NCBI GenBank assembly: GCA_965208805.1
Contig: OZ242355.1
Span: 2,760,982 to 2,824,981, forward strand
Direction of reading: 5' to 3'
DNA length: 64,000 nucleotides
Source: Acidimicrobiales bacterium
Lineage (GTDB): Bacteria; Actinomycetota; Acidimicrobiia; Acidimicrobiales; Bin134
Part shown: piece after piece, positions 60,202 to 64,000 of the stretch
How the letters are laid out: each line of letters opens with the position of its first letter
How positions within the stretch are numbered: position 1 is the stretch's first letter
Made by a program: the position numbers and the translations under genes
The notes under the pieces: generated by a model
Told to the model about the DNA's origin: nothing
What the model saw: the letters and a program-made list of their open reading frames with translations, nothing else
The model's database searches: none

Positions 60202-61087
60202 GTGAGCAACCCGCCCACCCGGTTGGCCCGACGGCTGGGCACTGGGGATGCGATCGTGATCGGACTGGGGTCGATGATCGGGGCCAACGTGTTCGCTGCC
60301 ATCGGGCCGGCGGCGGCCGCAGCCGGATCGGGCCTGATGATCGGATTGGCGGTAGCCGGAGTGGTGGCGTTCCGCAACGCCACATCCTCAGCGCAGTTGG
60401 CCGCCCTCTACCCCGCCTCCGGGGGCACCTACGTATATGGGCGCAAGCGGCTGGGCCACCTCGCCGGGTTCTGCGCCGGATGGGGGTTCGTGGTCGGCAA
60501 GTCGGCCACGCTGTCCGTCTCGGCGCTCGCTTTCGGGGCCGACCGCCGTGTGGGCGGTCGGCCCCGAAGTGCTGGCAAACGCGGCCGCACCATTGGCCGC
60601 GGCCACCGACGCCGGGGCTTGGAACGGCCTCACCCCGGTAGTGCGAGTGGGCGCGGCCATCGCCTCGGCCGGGGCGGTGATGGTCCTCATCGCCGGGGTG
60701 GGGCGAACCACATTTGCCATGGCCTCAGAAGGCGACTTGCCCCGATCGCTGGACAAGGTCCATCCGACATTCAAGGTGCCCCACTACGCCGAGGTCGCGG
60801 TGGCCGCAGTGGTGATCGTGCTAGTGGCGCTGACCGACCTGCGCAACGTGCTTGGCTTCAGCTCGTTCTGCGTGCTGTTCTACTACGCCGTGACCAATGC
60901 CGCCGCGTGGACCCTGTCAGCCACCCAGCGCCGCTGGCCGCGGGGGCTGAGCGGCATCGGCTTCATCGGCTGCGTCACCCTGGCCGTGACTCTGCCCGGG
61001 GCCTCCGTGATCGGCGGGTTCTGCGTGCTCGCCTCGGGGATAGTCGTCTGGCGCATTCGCCATGCCTTGAACCCGGCACCCTCATAA
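60202..61087 (+). pseudogene. APC-family amino acid permease remnant (frameshift plus internal deletion)
   Basis: ORF 60202.. gives an APC N-terminus (GTGDAIVIGLGSMIGANVF...YPASGGTYVYGRKRLG...GWGFVVGK). From about 60540 the family sequence continues in the frame of ORF 60437..61087 (GRTTFAMASEGDLPRSLDKVHPTFKVPHYAE...). The total of about 295 codons compares with the 440+ expected. Confidence 0.65.
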
Positions 61088-61126
61088 CCCCTTGACCAAA
61101 ATACGGGACTCGGTCGGTCTTCTTCC

Positions 61127-61627
61127 TTATGGCGCACGTCTGTCACTGTGAGGCCCTGAAAGCCGCTCTGTCCATATTCTCTGCATAGCTGCCTCAACAA
61201 TCAGAACCGCCAGAAGCGCGGGTAGAATGACAATATACGGCAAGGTGATGAGGCCGAGACCAGCCGTTGATGAATCCGATCTTGCTACAATTCCATAGAT
61301 GATTGGAAATCCAACTAGCAGCACTATTGAACCTAACACACTAGCGACCCGAGAATCCATAAATAAAATATACACCAGTGATATAGGCCATAAGGCACCA
61401 ATAAAAAACAGAGTACCAACAGAAAATCTCAACCAATCGCCAGCTTCAAAAATGGCATTGCCCTCCCGGTCCTTCAACACTGCATGCAAAATTCGCGCTG
61501 CTACAAGCGACACTAGAGATACAGCAAGTCTGTGTGACCAGAACATGCTAGGCAGCGCCATCAGATGCAATGTTCCCAGAGTCTTGTGCAGCAGCGACAT
61601 TCGCCCCGAGTCCAAAACACAACGCAA
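61127..61627 (-). CDS. Hypothetical membrane protein in low-GC islet
   Basis: 166-aa ORF with about 4 hydrophobic helices (e.g. FSVGTLFFIGALWPISLVYILF, SIVLLVGFPIIYGIV). No family was recognised. The start is uncertain. Confidence 0.4.
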   Translation of the reverse strand: MRCVLDSGRMSLLHKTLGTLHLMALPSMFWSHRLAVSLVSLVAARILHAVLKDREGNAIFEAGDWLRFSVGTLFFIGALWPISLVYILFMDSRVASVLGSIVLLVGFPIIYGIVARSDSSTAGLGLITLPYIVILPALLAVLIVEAAMQRIWTERLSGPHSDRRAP

Positions 61628-61891
61628 CAGCAGACAATAGCGCCACGGATCGCCGAAGAAACGGCCTTGATAGAAGTTGCGGAAATTGCTTCATAGGCAT
61701 TTGCGTTGCGTATGCTTACCACTCATATTCAGGAATCAGCAAACTCGCGGAGGACGACCTGAAAAAGGAAAGTACATCAACTTTATCAAAAGACGTGTCC
61801 GGTCAACTTTGGGGGCTCAAGACCATAGTTACCCCTCGATGGTTCAGCCCTCAGACGATAGGAAGACCCAACTCAGAATTCGAAGTACAGT

Positions 61892-62992
61892 TCAGATCTT
61901 GCTCTGCACGTTAGCGGCGATCTGGTCCTCGAAGGTGAAATCCAAGTCGAGGCTCTGGTCGAGGCCCTCGGCCACCATCCAGCGGTGTACGTGGTCGACC
62001 ATGGCAGCCAGGGTGTACTCCGGCTCCCAGCCGATGTCGGCTCGCAGCCGGTCGACCGAGAACACCACGCTGCGGTTCCAGCGATGGAGGTTGGGAGCCA
62101 GCCGCTGCACGAGTTGAGCGAGCTTGAACCGCCGCCGCATGTTGTCGGCATCGGAGCGGGCGGTGCCGGAACTGCGGATGTCGATGTTCACCGGGGAGGC
62201 CTTGCCCTCCTCGAACACCAGGGCGCCGTCCCACAGGTCGTCCATGACCGGGGCGGGGATGAACACCTTGTTCGCCTCCACCCCCAACACATCGGCAAAA
62301 GCGTCCACATAGCCCACATCTGACTGATAGGTCCCGCCGGTGAGGTTGTAGCGCTTTCCGAAGGTTTGGGGCTGAAGCATCATCATCCGCAGCGCCCGAG
62401 CCTGGTCGTCCACATGGCCCACTTGGCCCACTGTGGTGCCGTCGCCAGGGATCAGGACCGGGCGACCCCTCAGCAGCCGCAAGATCATCCGCTGCTCCCG
62501 GTCGGCGAGGATGTTGCGGGGGCCGAACACCATCGAGAACGGCACGATGGTGGCCGGGAACCCCCGGCTGCGCCAGGCATCGATCAGGGTGTCCTCGCAC
62601 AGGAGCTTGTGCAACCCGTACTCGTTCTGGTTGGGACCGCGGTCATCAGGGTGGTTCTCGGTGATGGGCAGGATGTCGGTGGGGGCGTAGATGACCGTGG
62701 AGGAGGCGAAGATGTAGTGGCCGATGCGCCCCTCGAACACCTCGATCATCAGCTCCACGTCGGCCGGGTGGTAGGCGCTCATGTCCTGGACCACGTCGAA
62801 GCTCTCGCTGCCCAGCACCGATCGCACCTGGTCGTGGTCGGTGCGGTCGGCCACCAGTCGGCGTACCGACCGGGGAAAGTCCACCCGGGTGCGCCCTCGG
62901 TTCAGCACCGTAACCTCGTGGCCCTGCTTGACGAGTTCCATGACCAGCGAGTAACCGTTGAACTGGCTCCCCCCCATCACCAAGACCCTCAT
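61892..62992 (-). CDS. NAD-dependent epimerase/dehydratase family protein
   Basis: 366 aa. It has the N-terminal Rossmann MRVLVMGGSQFNGYSLVMELVKQGHEVTVLNRG and an extended-SDR YxxxK region (YGLHKLL). Confidence 0.85.
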   Translation of the reverse strand: MRVLVMGGSQFNGYSLVMELVKQGHEVTVLNRGRTRVDFPRSVRRLVADRTDHDQVRSVLGSESFDVVQDMSAYHPADVELMIEVFEGRIGHYIFASSTVIYAPTDILPITENHPDDRGPNQNEYGLHKLLCEDTLIDAWRSRGFPATIVPFSMVFGPRNILADREQRMILRLLRGRPVLIPGDGTTVGQVGHVDDQARALRMMMLQPQTFGKRYNLTGGTYQSDVGYVDAFADVLGVEANKVFIPAPVMDDLWDGALVFEEGKASPVNIDIRSSGTARSDADNMRRRFKLAQLVQRLAPNLHRWNRSVVFSVDRLRADIGWEPEYTLAAMVDHVHRWMVAEGLDQSLDLDFTFEDQIAANVQSKI

Positions 62993-63020
62993 ACTTGCTC
63001 CCCTATTGATTGAAACGATC

Positions 63021-64000
63021 TCAGCGGCACACGCCAGCTGCGGCGAGGGCTTCTACTTCGTCGGGTGAGATCCCGAGGACTTCACCCAGCACTTCGACGG
63101 TATCGGCACCAAGGAGTGGCGAAGGACCGGCGGTGCGGGTCTGGGTGAGGCTGAAGCGGATCGGATTGCCCACGTGAGTCTCTTTGCCCACCACCGGGTG
63201 CTCCAACACGTCGAGGGCGCCCCTTGAGGCCAAATGCTCGTCGCCCAAGTGGTCGTAGGGGCCCATGACTGCCATGGCCGACACCCCGGCAGCCTGTAAG
63301 CGCTCGACCCGGTCGGCGGCCAGGCCCTGTGCCATCCAGGCCGCCACCGCGGCATCCACCGCTGCCACATCGGCCAGCCGGTCGGCGATGGCAGGCCAGC
63401 GGTTCTCCACACCGATCACCGTGCAGCACTGCCGCCAAGACTCGTCGTCGTGGCAGGCCAGTGCCACCCAGTCGTCGTCACCGCCCGCTCGGTACACGTC
63501 GTGGGGAGCGACCGTATCGGAGCGGTTGCCTTTAGGCTCGGGGTCGGCACCGGCGGCGACCGCTCCCATGTACACCTCGCCAATGAGATAGGCGGCGGCC
63601 TCGGTCTGCGCCATGTCGATGAGCTGGCCCTGGCCGGTGCGCTGCTTGTGGTCGAGAGCGGCCAGCACCGCCACCGCCAGCAGCTTGCCCGCGATGTGGT
63701 CGGGGTGGTTCAGCGTGGTGCCGCACGGAAACGGCACATCGGCGTGGTTCCACAGCCAGTGGGCCCCGGCAAAGCTGGCATTGAGAGGCCCGTAGGCCGG
63801 CATCTTGCCCATCGGGCCGCCTCGGCCGTAGCCCTGCGAGCACACGTACACCAGATCGGGCCGCTTGGCCGACATGTCGTCCCACCCCAGCCCGAGCTTG
63901 TCCAGCGACCCGCCCCGCAGATTCTCGGCCACCACGTCGGCGGCCATGAACAGTTCCAAGGCCAGCTCACGGCCTCGTTCGGTGGTCATGTCCAGGCCCA
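63021..64000 (-). CDS. CoA-transferase family III (CaiB/BaiF/Frc-like), 5'-partial (runs off window end)
   Basis: ORF 63021..63989. AADVVAENLRGGSLDKLGLGWDDMSAKRPDLVYVCSQGYG is the family III interlocked-dimer region. The N-terminal 70 or so residues, including the GxxGP Rossmann part, are beyond 64000. Confidence 0.85.
   Translation of the reverse strand, partial: GLDMTTERGRELALELFMAADVVAENLRGGSLDKLGLGWDDMSAKRPDLVYVCSQGYGRGGPMGKMPAYGPLNASFAGAHWLWNHADVPFPCGTTLNHPDHIAGKLLAVAVLAALDHKQRTGQGQLIDMAQTEAAAYLIGEVYMGAVAAGADPEPKGNRSDTVAPHDVYRAGGDDDWVALACHDDESWRQCCTVIGVENRWPAIADRLADVAAVDAAVAAWMAQGLAADRVERLQAAGVSAMAVMGPYDHLGDEHLASRGALDVLEHPVVGKETHVGNPIRFSLTQTRTAGPSPLLGADTVEVLGEVLGISPDEVEALAAAGVCR

Overview
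High-GC window (hand counts of about 65% GC in core genes) with an actinobacterial-type gene style: many GTG/TTG starts and frequent ATGA/GTGA-coupled genes. The taxonomic guess is inference only.

The core content is methylated-amine / C1 catabolism:
- A six-gene, translationally coupled corrinoid methyltransferase operon (9869-16031): corrinoid protein, DUF1638, Virulence_fact-like protein, methyl-THF methyltransferase, RACo-type activator and a non-pyrrolysine MttB-family methyltransferase. A GFA-family gene follows it.
- An IclR regulator, EtfAB, three FAD+GcvT dimethylglycine/sarcosine-dehydrogenase paralogues, a second MttB paralogue and a MetF-like reductase.
- Around these sit many oxidoreductases: 2 P450s, 4 ACAD-family genes including an overlapping pair, a Rieske oxygenase, GMC, TauD, SDRs and Gfo/Idh/MocA. 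There are also a GH2 glycosidase, amidohydrolases, two cyclase-family paralogues and a CoA-transferase that runs off the window end.

Accessory and decaying material is interspersed:
- A degraded tRNA-Arg(TCT)-linked island (about 3.7-8.3 kb). It carries a MITE-like 168-bp element, intact mazEF, a nonsense-mutated C5-methyltransferase lacking its target-recognition domain, a GIY-YIG nuclease chimera, a DUF433/DUF5615 pair with an amber-disrupted toxin, and an integrase stub.
- tRNA-His and tRNA-Lys.
- Two paralogous RelE-like toxin-antitoxin pairs 15 kb apart.
- Several internally deleted or frameshifted genes: haloalkane dehalogenase, nucleotidyltransferase toxin, APC permease and an HNH stub.

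The best candidate for a novel system is a lower-GC 4-kb cassette (28006-31953). It encodes a 905-aa PHP + ABC/SMC-like ATPase fusion, followed 9 nt later by a Schlafen/AlbA_2 + HATPase_c_4 protein.

Two non-coding signals stand out. One is a 17-bp palindromic motif (GkTCCr-N5-yGGwAC) present as two 35-bp double sites and one single site at three catabolic promoters. The other is a pair of perfect 35-bp direct repeats with a 35-bp spacer in a divergent promoter.

All domain calls come from motifs read by eye. No database search was run.
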